Below, in pieces: positions 1 to 11,916 of a DNA stretch of 64,000 nucleotides. A program made the position numbers and the translations under genes. The notes beneath the pieces are model-generated. The model saw nothing but the letters and a program-made list of their open reading frames with translations. It searched no databases and was not told the DNA's origin. Location of the stretch: the NCBI GenBank assembly GCA_013265495.1, contig MU057711.1, forward strand, positions 1,488,001-1,552,000, in the 5' to 3' direction. This DNA is from Vicugna vicugna (taxonomy: Eukaryota). Every line of letters begins with the position of its first letter. The first letter of the stretch is position 1.

Positions 1-1547
1 AGTAGGTTGAAAGCCATATTACAGAAGAGCAGTTCACAGGCGAGTCTTTATCTCCTGCTGCTCAACGCAACTGTTTCTCCATTTCACACAGCTGGGAAAT
101 GGCTGAGCCAAGGTAAGGAACCAGAAGGGAGCATTTTGCCAGTTGGCTGGGCACACTGATGCCAGCCTCTCTCTTGGTGGATCAGAGAATCCCAGGAACC
201 CGTGTCCATGGCAGGGGCAGTTGGGGTCTCCAACCCGTCTGAGAGAATGCCTTTCCCTCATCCCAGCTCAGCAAGCCACCCCCAGCTACAGAGGCAGCAG
301 CTGGCCACCTTGCTGACCTCTAAGAAACATCTAGTCCCAGAAGCTCCCTTGGGGGCTCTCCCTCACCACGCCCAGGCCTTTGCTGTGGCCTCGGCTCCTG
401 CCACAACACTGGTCACACCACCAATGAGGGCCCCGGTTCATGACTTCCGGGAGGGCAGCTCCTGCCAGTGACCAGAGGGACTGGAAAATGAATTTCCAGT
501 TCCCAACAGACACTCACCCCAGCAACCCTCCCTGGAAGATGACAGCACACCACCTCCTGCCCCATCTTCTGCCATCTCCCCACTGCCTCTCTGGTCCACC
601 TGCAGTCCAAGTTCATTCTTCGCGTGGTGGCCCCTGTGAACTTTTAAAATCACAAGGCAGAGTTTATCTCCTTCCTCTGGAATCCCATCCTCTGCCTTTG
701 TCCTGGCACTGAGGCCCCATATGGTCTGGCCCCACTCACCATCATTGCCATCCTTGCCCCTGGACTCCACCAGTCTGGCCTAGTCCAGTGTCAGGGACAT
801 TGCTGTTGTTTTGTCTGGAGCATTCTATATCTGTCTTCTCATGGCTGATGCTTCAATACCCCTCCCCAGAGAAGCCGTCTCTGACCACACTGTCCAAGCA
901 ACCGCCAGCCCAGGCAGTCTTGGCTTCCATTTGCTTTGTTTCCTTCAAACTCTTTCTCATGATGCATTTTTATCCTTTTCTGTGTTTTTAATTATTTGCT
1001 CCCTGTCTTCTGCACTGGAACACAGGCCCTGTCTGGGAAACTGCCACATCGGCAGGGCAGAGACCAGTGCTTCCTCAGACAGTGGATGCCCAACAAGTAT
1101 TTGTCAAATACATGAAAACACCCTCCCTAAGAGCCATCCACTGTGGCACTCCCTCCATCTGAGTTCCACACTGACTTTCCATTTTCTTTTCAGCTCTTGA
1201 GGACATGGGTTTGAGCTGTAACTCCTGAGTGATGCTCCTCAGATGGGAACTAGTGTTGTGGCATGGTCCTGCTACCTTCCCCCTGAAGCCCTCCCTCTGC
1301 CCTGCCCCACACGCCCACAGCCTGAGAGTAAGCACGAGACCAGTGTCACACAGGCAGACAGGAGGGTGAAGAGCTGGCCTGTGCTGTCCCCATGTGATGC
1401 TCTGAAGCAGGGATGTGGAGCCCCCAGCAAAGGACGTGGAACCTTTGACTAGAGTCAGAGTCATGGGGCAGGCAGGAGGCAGAACTCGGTCTTGAATTTT
1501 AACTGCTGATAATGAAGTGAAAAGGAGACCCCCTTTCCAGGGAGCCC

Positions 1548-2500
1548 TGTTGAGATATTGTGATTTATAATATGAAATATAATATATATTTGGTTTTCAT
1601 CCCAGTTTCTGGCACAGAGCTCCTAAAACCCTTGGAATTTCTTAGGTGAGGAGAGCAGTAAGGGGGCCTTTTATCATGTTAATGAGATGACTTTTAGTAA
1701 GCACTTAAGAATGGGGGCTGGTAGCCCTGAGTACCACCAAGGTGATTACAGGGTTGGAACGTTCACCCTCGCCCCCCTGACCTCTGGGGAGGGGAAAGGG
1801 GATGGGCTGGAGACTGAGTTCAATCACCAATGGCCAATGATTGAATCAATCGAGCCTACACGCAAAGCCCCCATACAATCCGCAAAGGGTGGAGTTCAGA
1901 GAGCTTCTGGGTAGGTGAACACAGGGAGATTTAGGGGAGAGTGGTGGGTGTGGGGAGGACATGGAAGCTCCATACTCCTTCTCATACACCTTGCCCTGTG
2001 TATCTCTTCCATCTGGCTGTTTCTGAGTTATATCCTTTTATGATAAACCAAGAATCTCATAAGAAAAATGTTGCTCTGAATTCTGTGGGTCACTCAAGCA
2101 AATTAATTGAACCCAAGGAGAAGGAACTTGATTTATTGCCATTTGATCAGAAGCACAAATGACAACCTGGACTTGCGATTGGCACCTAAAGAGAGAGGCA
2201 GTCTTGTGGGACTGATCCCTTTACCTGTGGAATCTGATGCTGTCTCCAGGTAGATAGGTAGATAGTGCCAGAATTAAGTTGAATTATAGGATACCCAGCT
2301 GGTGTCAGAGAACCTCATCACCACCACTCACAAACACAAAATAGACTTGTTTTTTTTAATTAATTTATTTATTTGGAGGGGTAATTAGGTTTATTTATTT
2401 TTAGAGGAGGTACTGGGGATTGAACCTAGGACCTCATGCACACTAAGCACGTGCTCTACCACTGAGCTATCCCCTCCCCCACACAATAGAATTTGATACC
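1548..2500 (+). mobile_element. MER21-like solo LTR (interrupted near its end by a SINE)
   Basis: Begins TGTTGAGATATTGTGATTTATAA...CCCAGTTTCTGGCACAGAGCTCCTAAAACCCTTGGAATTTC, recognised as the MER21 5' sequence. Confidence 0.75.
2350..2480 (-). mobile_element. tRNA-derived SINE, camelid Vic-1-like
   Basis: Minus strand GGGGGAGGGGATAGCTCAGTGGTAGAGCAC...GGTTCAATCCCCAGTACCTCC with Pol III A/B boxes and an A-rich tail. Imperfect TSD ACACAAAATAGACTTG / ACACAATAGAATTTG. Confidence 0.85.
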
Positions 2501-2719
2501 AAAGTCTTAACCTGTTTTCATCTGAGTAAAAAAGCAATACATCATTTGCAGCAAGAGGACTCCATGTGTCACAGTACAGCAGACAACATTGGTCCTTTCC
2601 TGGCTCTGAAGCAGCAGCAGACAGAACAGTATATCTGGGCTTCTTTGCACCCTTAAGAACTGAACACCCTAGCAGAAGACTGCAGCTCCGTCATAGCTCA
2701 AGAGAGTCTAGAGCCACAC

Positions 2720-2935
2720 CATGTAGGCTCAAACCTCAGCCCAACCACTCACTAGCTGTGTGTTCTTGGGCAGGTGACTTAATCTCTCTGTGCCTCAGTT
2801 TCATCACATGTAAAATACGTATAAAGAAAATTATAACCCTTGTTATTATAGGTATTTCTACAAGTAGTAAATGAGTTAAAATATGCAATACATTTAAAGT
2901 AACATCTGCAGAGAGTAACCCCTCAATATATGTTG
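2720..2935 (+). mobile_element. MIR SINE relic
   Basis: MIR core ACTAGCTGTGTG..TTGGGCAGGTGACTTAATCTCTCTGTGCCTCAGTTTCATCAC.TGTAAAAT. Confidence 0.8.
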
Positions 2936-3655
2936 GCCCTGGTCCTGGCCCCAGAATAGAAATATAGATTGGATGGACAAAATTTTGAAAAAGGAAATTT
3001 CACAAACACCCCAGAGTTTGGCTCCAAGCTAATTGTGTCCCAGGGCAGAATGGAGGAGCAGGGAATGTCTGATAATCTTTCCTCTTGACTCCCTTTCGAG
3101 CTCAGGACCCCAGACTCAAGTCTGGCTTTACTTCTGGGTTAACCTGGCTCTCAGGCAAATCCCTTAGTCCCCTTGCAGGGAATCTCTCTTCCAGGGGCTG
3201 TGTTAAAGGGGCCCTGGTCCAAGAATTCCAGATGCTCACATGGGCCTCCATAGGAAGCCTCCATCTCTGCTGGTTGACATGTACTCAAACCCATTGCCTT
3301 ACTCAAACCACCAAGTTCAAGAAGGCCTCCATGATGCCCACTCACTGCCCATAACAGCTAATCTTCTCTCCTCAGGGCCTCCGCTCTGCGTGGCTCTCAT
3401 CCCATTGCACCTGTATGCCGGGCAGTTACTGCAGCTCCTTCAGGGAGGTCAGGGAGTGTGCGCTATCCTGCTGTGGATATCCCACCGTGCCCATCACCCG
3501 GACAGGCCCTCGGGGGCTGCTCACATCTCCAGCCTCCTGCCTGCTCTCCACTTTGTAATTTTCCCTCCAGGGAACCCCAGACAGCCGTGGAGACTCAAAC
3601 TCTGCAAGTTATTCCCACCTCTTTGACTATCCCTCTGCCTGGGAAGATTTCCACC

Positions 3656-3658
<3 letters not shown>

Positions 3659-3694
<36 letters not shown>
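3659..3694. repeat. (CA)n microsatellite
   Basis: Uninterrupted CA run. Confidence 0.95.
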
Positions 3695-3700
<6 letters not shown>

Positions 3701-4284
3701 AGACCCTGTGCGCCTGGGAGCTCATTGTTCTATTTTAACAGTGAGAACAAAAGCCATTGGAAGCTGTTGTCTTGTGAGGATGTGCAGGGTGGACCCCATG
3801 GAGGAGGAGCCACACGGGAGGTGCTGATGTCCTTATCTGCACAGCCGAGACCATCCCCCCACTCTGAGGACAGCACTGCCTGATCCCAAGGGATAAATGG
3901 CACAAAAAAACCTTCAGCCATTAGCAGGCTACCTGCAAAACTCTGCCGTATTCTTACACCACCTCTACTACTAAGTACTTAATAATTTTTGTAAATCAAC
4001 TAACTTTAGACCTTAAGTACATTTAACTTTGAAAATGAACTTCATAATACTTCTGTAAATGAAAAAAAAAAAGTATCATTTGCCATCCAAAGAAGGTCAT
4101 TGTCTAACAATTGCATAGTTATTAAAATAAAAAGATCCATCTCTGCACCTCCTGAAATTACTTGTATGATATTTTAGGGAACATCGAGCCAATGAAAGAG
4201 AACTTGATTAAAAATCAGGATAGCTGGCGAAAGTCCTAGGGTGGTTCTTTGTGTGTCGAGCACTGTATATATGGTATTTCTACC

Positions 4285-4435
4285 CCACTGCCAGGTAGGT
4301 ATTAGAATATCCATGTCTCAGATGAGAAAATTGGGTCTCAAGGAGATTGGATAATTGGGCTGAGGTCACAGAGCTAAAAAGCATCAGAACCGGGATTTAC
4401 ACTCAGGTCTGGTTGACCCCAGGCCCTGAGTTTTT
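4285..4435 (-). mobile_element. MIR SINE relic
   Basis: Reverse MIR core CAGATGAGAAAA...GGTCACAGAGCT...CAGGTCTGGTTGAC. Confidence 0.7.
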
Positions 4436-4609
4436 CCTGTGACATCACCATGATCTCTCCACCCTGTTGACTTCTCTGGGTTTCACTGTGGTCGTCTGTA
4501 AGATGCAGGTACCAGACCAGATGCCCTCTAAGGGTTGCAGACTCCAGAGGCTAATGATGGGACGACAAACCAGGAAATATTCCCACCTTTGGCTCCCAGG
4601 GATCTGGGC

Positions 4610-5480
4610 AGCTGCAGGAATGATTGGAATGTTTTCATTAATAAACTGAACTAGCATAATTGACTACCTGCCTGAAAGAAAACAAAGTGAGACCTCTGTC
4701 TGACACAATTTACAAGAAACTCTAGGGGGATTGACAATTGAAACATAAAAAACACAAAAAATTAAACCCTAAATTGCATCTATATTTTTTGCACACAAGG
4801 TATTAAGTGAGGAGGAAGAACCACAATGTATTAAGTGCTACCACAATGTATTAAGTCAGGGCGGAAAAAGGAAGCTATAGAGAAATATATAAAGTCTCAT
4901 TTTGGAGAAAAAAATAGCCCAAAAGAAAAAGCCCACATTAGAGTATGTATGTTTGTAAATGTTGAGCTTGGAGAAAGACCTGGAAGTACAGACACTAGGC
5001 AGTTACCTTGATTATCTCCATCAAGGAAGGGAGGGAGAGATGAGGGAAAGGAGGCAAGAGGAGAGAGTATAGAAAGAATAAAAGGTCCATTACAGAATGG
5101 AAAAAAATTAGCATGATAAGTGAAATTGCAAGAGATAAAATATTATCTACAACAATTCTGCAAATATTTACCAGTGAAGTAACCAGATAGAAAACGGTTG
5201 TAATATATACAAACAAAAACACTGATTCGATTAGGTAATAGAAATGTGAGCACTTTTTATCTTAGACTCGTACTGTTTTATTTTCAATATTGTAACACAA
5301 AAATAATATATTATAATGCTTACATTTTTGGTGGGGAGGGGATTATGGAGGCACTGGGGATTAGAACCCAGGACCTCATGCATGCTAAGTATGCGCTCTA
5401 CCACTGAGCTAAACCCACCACCCCTCACTGCAATGCTTAAAGTCATGAAAAGTAAATGTTCTCCAATTTTCTGGATATGT
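4610..5480 (+). mobile_element. Very decayed L1 (L1ME-like) fragments, host of the second SINE
   Basis: A-rich sequence with residual L1 ORF2 3' motifs (AATAAACTGAACTAGCATAATTG, ATATCTACAACAATT, TTAGGTAATAGAAATG). Confidence 0.45.
5324..5424 (-). mobile_element. tRNA-derived SINE, camelid Vic-1-like
   Basis: Minus strand GGTTTAGCTCAGTGGTAGAGCGCATACTTAGCATGCATGAGGTCCTGGGTTCTAATCCCCAGTGCCTCC; AATGCTTA is repeated on both flanks. Confidence 0.85.
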
Positions 5481-6186
5481 CCAGGAAAAAAAAAGATATC
5501 TCAAGTGAACTGCACAGAGTGCTGTCCTGTGGGTCACCTGGGCAGGATGAGCAGAGGCAGTTCTGAATGACAAGGCTAAGGCTCTCTTTGCCTTTATCCT
5601 CTGGATTTCTACAAGATTTTGCAAATTAAAGAAAAGGCCCCTCGTGAACGGTGATTTCATCTGCAAGTCTTGCATTTTAACCATTTCATTTGGATTCAAA
5701 GGAGCACGGCAAAGCTGATAAAAAATTCCTGGACAACACAGCTCTCATTGGCTAGGTTAGAAACATCCTCATTGATTGAGTTTTTGATTTTGACTCCTCC
5801 AAGGCACCCCCCAGTCTGTGCTAATAAGATGAAGGGGTCACAACCCTCCTTAGCTGGGAGAAATGAAGGTTTTCATCTTTTATTAAACACTGAAAATGGC
5901 TAAAAGTGCTACCTCTCAGAGGCAAGTTTTAAAGAAGCAAACTGATATATTTTGCTAATTAAACCATTAAAAACCTCATTTAGGTGTAAATAAGGAAGGC
6001 ACATTAAATCTTAATGTACAGCGTGGGGTGTGAGCTTGGCTCCTGTGCTAAGCACCAAGGCTCTCTGACCCCAGTTAAGTGATAAAAAATAGAACTCCCA
6101 CCGAAGCACTTTCTAGTCCCTACTGGAGAAGGCAGTGCTCCTCTCTGGAAAGAGACATTGTATCTATACATAGTTCCCCACACCCA

Positions 6187-6188
<2 letters not shown>

Positions 6189-6225
<37 letters not shown>
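6189..6225. repeat. (CA)n microsatellite
   Basis: Uninterrupted AC run. Confidence 0.95.
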
Positions 6226-6226
<1 letters not shown>

Positions 6227-7559
6227 CAAAGGAAAGGGAGTATATTTCCCTCAGGTCTCCCTCCACCTTCCTGGCTGCTCAAAGTTTAGGGAAAGGCATC
6301 TTTAGGACCCAGCCTGAGCCAGAGGTGCCCCTGAATGATGACTTGGGAAGCCGATAGGTCTGAAATTGAGCACAGCTCACTGTGGATTCTGGTGGCAACT
6401 CCCCCACCATCCTTTAAATCCCTTAACATCCCCGAGCTGCGGTTCACTCCATGGATCACAGAGGATTGGGTGGACTCAAATTATCTTCACAGAATTTATT
6501 GAGGATTAAATGAGATCATGTATATGAAACCAACAAGCACAGGACTTGGTATATTGTACGCACTCAGTAAATATTTTAGAAACATTTTTCAAAAAACAGA
6601 CAGTAAAAATTCTTGACGAATATACACTAAAATTGCAATAGTTAGTCTCTAGTTGGTTTTGACTTTCTACCATTACTTACCTATATTTTCTAAAATAAAT
6701 CTATATTATTGTAAAAATTTAAAAAGTGCTTGAAAGACTTTAATTTTCTGCCAGCTTATCACTCTGTATGTGAGGCTACTACTATTCATGCTGGGAGGTG
6801 GATTTAGTTTTATATTCTATACACATTTGTATCTTTTTAAAAACTGTATACAGGCATTACCTTTTAAGAAAATGAATGAAGGAATGAATGAATTAATTAA
6901 AGAAAATATTTTTACTTATAGATGGGGAAAACAAGGTTCTGAGAGATGAATTGTCAAGCCAGTGAGGGCTCGGTCCTCCCCGCCTTCTTTCTTCTAGCCC
7001 AGTTTTACTTTCCATGTGACTCTATTGAGAAACATTTATTAAAAAGAGAAGTTGCTCTTGTTTTTAGAGAGATAGGGCTTTAAGCAATATGGGACAAGTA
7101 GTAAAGGCAGAAAAAGGGCCAATGAGTCCTGGGATTTGACTGTGCAAGTTGAGTGTGGGAATGGATGGGGGTGGGCTGTGCATTAAGGACACAGGGACTA
7201 TGGGAAAAAAACACCAGATTCAGGGGGTACAAATATATCCAGGCATGAGACTCATGAGATACCGATTTGGCAGAATGATTCATTCATTCAGCAAATGTGT
7301 ATGAGCTGTCATGGGTCTCACTGTCCGAGAGGCAGAAAGCAGCAAGTAAGCAGTTACAGTGAATATATCTTACATCTTGAGGTCAGGGCTGTGTAGGAAA
7401 TGCCACGTGATCAGGTTGGTGCAGATCAGTGAGGGGCTCTCTGATGAAATGACTTATAAACTGGGACCTAAATGATATGTAATGGTCAGCCAGGCTAAGA
7501 GTGAAGGAAAGGCCATTCTAGAAGGAGGAAATTGCATATGTGAACCCCCTAAGGCAGAA

Positions 7560-7775
7560 CAGGTATAATTTCAGTTATGCAAGATGAGTATGTTCTAGAA
7601 TTCTGCTGTGTAACTTTGTGCCTATAATTAGCAATACTGTATGGTGCAATTAAAATTTTGTTTAGAGGGTAGATCTCACGTACATGTTCATATCACAATC
7701 AAGGAAAGACAGAAGGAAGGGAGGGAGAAAGAAAGGAAGGAAGAAGAAAGGAAAGAGAAAGAAGCAAGAAAAAAA
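7560..7775 (+). mobile_element. L1M 3'-end fragment with purine-rich tail, inserted in L2
   Basis: CAGTTATGCAAGATGAGTA.GTTCTAGA...CAATACTGTAT...AGAGGGTAGATCTCA...ATCACAAT followed by a GA-rich tract. Confidence 0.75.
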
Positions 7776-7777
7776 AC

Positions 7778-7886
7778 GAGATTTCAGATGGCCAGGGTGG
7801 TTGAAGTGCAGTGAGATTTCAGATGGCTAGGGTGGTTGAAGTGCAGCGAGATTTCAGATGGCCAGTGTGGTTGAAGTGCAGTGAGA
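7778..7886. repeat. 35-bp tandem repeat, ~3.1 copies
   Basis: GAGATTTCAGATGGCCAGGGTGGTTGAAGTGCAGT at 7778, 7813 and 7848, with 1-2 mismatches from the first copy. Confidence 0.95.
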
Positions 7887-8989
7887 CTGGAGGGGGATGA
7901 GGTGAACCAGGGATAGGGCAGGGACTGGGCTGGGACAGTATCTTGGAGATGATCCCAAATGCAATGGGAAGCTATCAAAGTTTTAAGCAGGGGAATGACA
8001 TTATCTGATTTCCATGCTTAAAAGATCTCTGTCTACTGCTGAGAATGGATTAGAGCCTAGAGAGCAGTGAGGAGGCTGGTGCTACAGTCCAAACAATGGC
8101 TTTGGAAATGGAGAGACGTGGACAGATCCACAATGTGTTTAATTACTGGAGTGGATATGGAGTTGAGGGAAGGAAACGTGGCGTCCATGGTGACTTCCAG
8201 CATGAGAACCATTATAGAGGAGCCTGAGAGAGAAACCAATGGGGACAGAATTCACATTTTATTCTAGGGACCCTAAAGCAGCTGAGATGTATAGAATGGC
8301 TGTGTGTACCTAAGTCTGCTGGGGAGTAATAGCCCCCTCAAAAAAACACACTCTGGAGAGTTGAATTAGGGCAACAGCCAGATGTCCTTGGGGGAAGCAG
8401 CAGATGCTGGGTATGTGTGGTGGAAGTAGTGCCCTCATGACCTTCTGGGGCCAGATCTTCTTTGACCCATCTGGGTTCCTGTCACACACACAGTCTGATG
8501 TTGTCACTGAGGCCCACGCAGGGAGCAGCAAGAGCCAGGGGAGAGAGATTCTCAGTCCATGAGGAATATCATCTAAGTATTTACTATATGCTCAGCATGC
8601 TCCTAGGCCTTTGGCAGAGGATGCAAAAATTCCAGACCTCAACTTATCATCTTGTCAAGGAAGCAAAATAGGTGAAACAAGATGTCCCATTCAGATCCAT
8701 CTCTGCTCAGAAATGATTGGTTCTGTGCTCATTCTTTCCAGTCCAGGTAGGTGAGGTACATGCTTAGGCATTTTGTGTCATAATCGATCAGCATTAATTC
8801 CTGCATTTTAATAGGGCTAGGGTTAATGTTATAAGTCAAGAATGATGTCTGCTGGGTATTAAGTTTCCATGATATTGTGATTGTATGGGAAGCCTCTGGT
8901 TTGCCTAGCCAGGGAATGATTCCAGGCCCCCAGAAACCATCATCCCTGAGACCCTGCAGTGTCAGTCCCCTCCATCCCATCTTTCCTCT

Positions 8990-9445
8990 CACTGTGTTTC
9001 ACTCACATCAGCCTTCCTTTAGTTCCTAGAAAGTGACAAGCCCTTCCCTGCCTCAGGGCCTTTGCACATGCCTTACTATTATCCTCTTATCCCTCTCCCA
9101 GGCTCTTATCCCACTCAGCTCCTCTTAATTGTTAAGCTCTCCACTCAAGCCTCACTGCCTAGGGGAAGCCTGTAATTCCCTCTTGCTCTCAGCAAGATTT
9201 CATTGTTAATGCACACTTAGAGGACTGTAGCCTCTCTTTCACTGGAATTTTCCAATTCCCAATAAAATATTGATTAATGTGATTAATTCATTACTGTCTA
9301 TCTCCTTCACTCATCAATGAGAGCATCAAGAAAATATGTTTTTTGTTTATCCCCAGTGCCTAGCACAGAGCCAGACACATATCAGGCCCTTAAATAAAGA
9401 ATGAAAAACAAAGAAATGAATGAGTGAATAAATGAATGGGTGAAT
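8990..9445 (+). mobile_element. L2 3' relic
   Basis: CCTGCCTCAGGGCCTTTGCACATGC ... CCCCAGTGCCTAGCACAGAGCC ... (AATG)n tail. Confidence 0.8.
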
Positions 9446-10809
9446 TCCTTCATGGCAGCAAATATCTTGGATGTGCTTAGTAGTCTTGGCACTGGGGCCA
9501 TCCCCATCTTAGGTCTCTCAGGGCAGTCAGGCAGAGCCAGCCCTGGCCAGAGCAATATAGGAGGTGCTTTCCCAGAGAGGCCAAACTTGCCTCACCAGTG
9601 CTTGGAAGGACCTTTTGTTCTTCAGTTCACCAAGGCCAGAAATAAGCCAGCTGCTGTGCCAGAAGATGATGGCTGGGGTCAGTGCCTGTGAAACCATATT
9701 GAACAATTTTATCATTTCTGACTGCTAAGTGATTCTAGACCAATGACTCATGATTGGGGTGAGTGTAGAAAAGTGCTAGATAAATCCTCCCAGCAGCTCT
9801 CCTGCTCCTGACAAGCCCTGAGCCTAAAGGGGATTTAGGATATCAAAGCAGGCAGGTTTTCCACTTTGACCTCTTCATCCAGCACCAGGGATCTTCCTCC
9901 AGTGAAGGATGCGTGTCTGTACACTCTTACCTTGTGCACAAAATCCGAACAGCTTTGCCCATTGATCTCTTGAGATTCTGGTTGCCCAAGACCTGGTGCA
10001 GGAGTGGGGAAGCCCACCAAGCACATAGTGACGCCAAAGAGGTTGGGAAACAGATCAAGTCAGAGCCAAAACTAAGGCCAACATGTTGGGAATTTTGTAG
10101 AGGGGGTGAGATTTTGATGGTATCCTACAGGAGGGGTGACTGAATTAGAAGATGGTGGAAGGGGGCAGGGGAGAAGGGCAGAAGTCTCAAGCCTATGCTG
10201 GTGTGGTGATTGGTCCAGGCTTGACAGAGTATTGGGGGCTTGTGAGCATCCTCTGCTTCGCTGTTACAAGTGTGAGGAGAAGAGCTAGTGCCCCGGAGGG
10301 GAGGGAGATTCTCGGGTAGACCAGCAGGTTGTGTGGTATCTAAGCCACCTTTTGGTTATGTCTGCCTCCACGACAAAGTGAGAATGGCACTGGTCACTTC
10401 CATTTCAGAGGCTGTTTTTGATGCCTGGCTGACACTCAGAAAGCTCAGTCGTGCTCTGTATCTCACTCACCCAAGCTGAGTTGTAATTTTTCAAGAGCCA
10501 GCCACTCATCACATAACAATCAAACCAAGATGGATGGAGGAGGAATGCAGAACCCACTGCCTTGGCTCAGAGTCGGGGGACATTCTCCAGTGAGAGAGAC
10601 AGACAAGAGAAGATGCTTAAGTAATGTCCTACTTTCCCAGGGTAAGTGGAAGTTAAAGAAGGCTTGGAGCCAAGGGGCTAGAACCTTGCTTTCTCATCCA
10701 GAATCCTACCGTACGCTCCAGCTCTATGGCCTCAGCCACATTGTTAAACTTCCTGAATCTTTATTTTCCCATCTGTAAAATAAGATGAACAGTACCTGCT
10801 GGTCCAGGA

Positions 10810-11320
10810 AGCCGTCTCTGAGGAGGTGATATTTGAGCTGAGACCTAATTTTGAGAAAAACCTAGATGTGAGTTTCCGAGGAAAGTGCTTTCCAGGCAAA
10901 CGAAACAGAAAAAGCACAGGGCTCGGGGCAGAAGCAAGCCTGGCTTATTTGAAGAATAACAGGAACAACAGTCAAAGCTAGTGTGGCTGAAGCAGAGGGG
11001 AGGGAGGAAAGATAGGAGATTATGTCAGAGACGTAGTGATGAGCCCACATTATGACCTCAGAGGCCTCGTGATGAGACACCATCAAGGTGTTTTAGGCAG
11101 GGGAGTGATGTGATTTACATTTGTAAAAGATTATTCTGGCTGCTGCATAAAGGATGGATCAGGGCAGGCAGGTGGCAAGGTGTAAGCATGAAGAATGTTT
11201 ATGAGGCTATTGAAGTCATTTCAGTGAGAGATAGTGGTAGCTATGATTAGAGAAATAGCAGTGGCGGTGGAGAGGTAGATGGACTGGGGATATATCATGT
11301 AAGTAAAGTCAATAAGACAT
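10810..11320 (-). mobile_element. L2 relic
   Basis: CTCTGAGGAGGTGATATTTGAGCTGAGACCT ... TTTTAGGCAGGGGAGTGATGTGAT. Confidence 0.8.
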
Positions 11321-11344
11321 CATGTTCATGCATGACCTGTAAAA

Positions 11345-11916
11345 TTCTAGAAGTCCAACAGTGTTTTTTATTTTGTCCCATGTCTGTGCCCTCTGGCCAA
11401 GCTGGCAGCATTTCTGCTGAGATGGTCAGTCAGATTCACAAGACACACATCTAATCTTTTCAGCAGATGATTGACCAGCTACACCCTTGTTCTCTCCAGA
11501 GCGCACCTTCATATATGTGTATTTAATATGGATAGGCTAATAATTTTCCAAGTCTTCAAGCTCTAGTTTCTTTTCATGTAACATTCCTTTCTTCAATTTA
11601 TCTCTTTCCTTTTATATTTTACTATAATTCAAGGAGAAACCAGGTCACACTTTCAACACTTTGCCTAAAAATTTCTTCAGTTAAATATCCAAGTTTATCA
11701 CTTCCAAGTTATACCTTCCACAAAACAGTAGAACACAATGCAGCTAAGTTCTCTGACATTTTATAACAAAAATCACTTTTCCTCAAGTTGCCAATAACAT
11801 GTTTCTCATCTCCATCTGAGACTGGAAACAAATTTTAACATTCATATTTCCAGCAACAGTTTCTTCAAAGAAATCTAGATTTTTTTCTATCATGAACCTC
11901 AAAACTCTTCCAAGTC
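11345..11916 (-). mobile_element. MaLR (MLT1/MST-type) internal sequence fragment
   Basis: CCAATAACATGTTTCTCATCTCCATCTGAGAC and CTCAAAACTCTTCCAA match the MaLR-int pattern. Confidence 0.6.

Larger units (their letters stand above)
7275..8225 (-). mobile_element. L2 LINE relic with internal L1 fragment and tandem triplication
   Basis: Starts with the reverse L2 tail (TTCATTCATTCAGCAAAT); AATGGGAAGC...TTTTAAGCAGGGGAATGACAT is a typical L2 motif. Confidence 0.75.

Noticed and set aside
2400..2480. tRNA-like sequence (also 5345-5424)
   Set aside because: A-rich tail, flanking duplications and no intact acceptor stem indicate SINE copies, not tRNA genes.
4820..4856. 20-bp period duplication ACCACAATGTATTAAGT (and ATCTCAATCAAAATTT at ~42767-42801)
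   Set aside because: Ordinary slippage duplications inside decayed L1 sequence.
7778..7886. CRISPR-like 35-bp repeats
   Set aside because: The units are contiguous with no spacers, there are no cas genes, and the context is eukaryotic.
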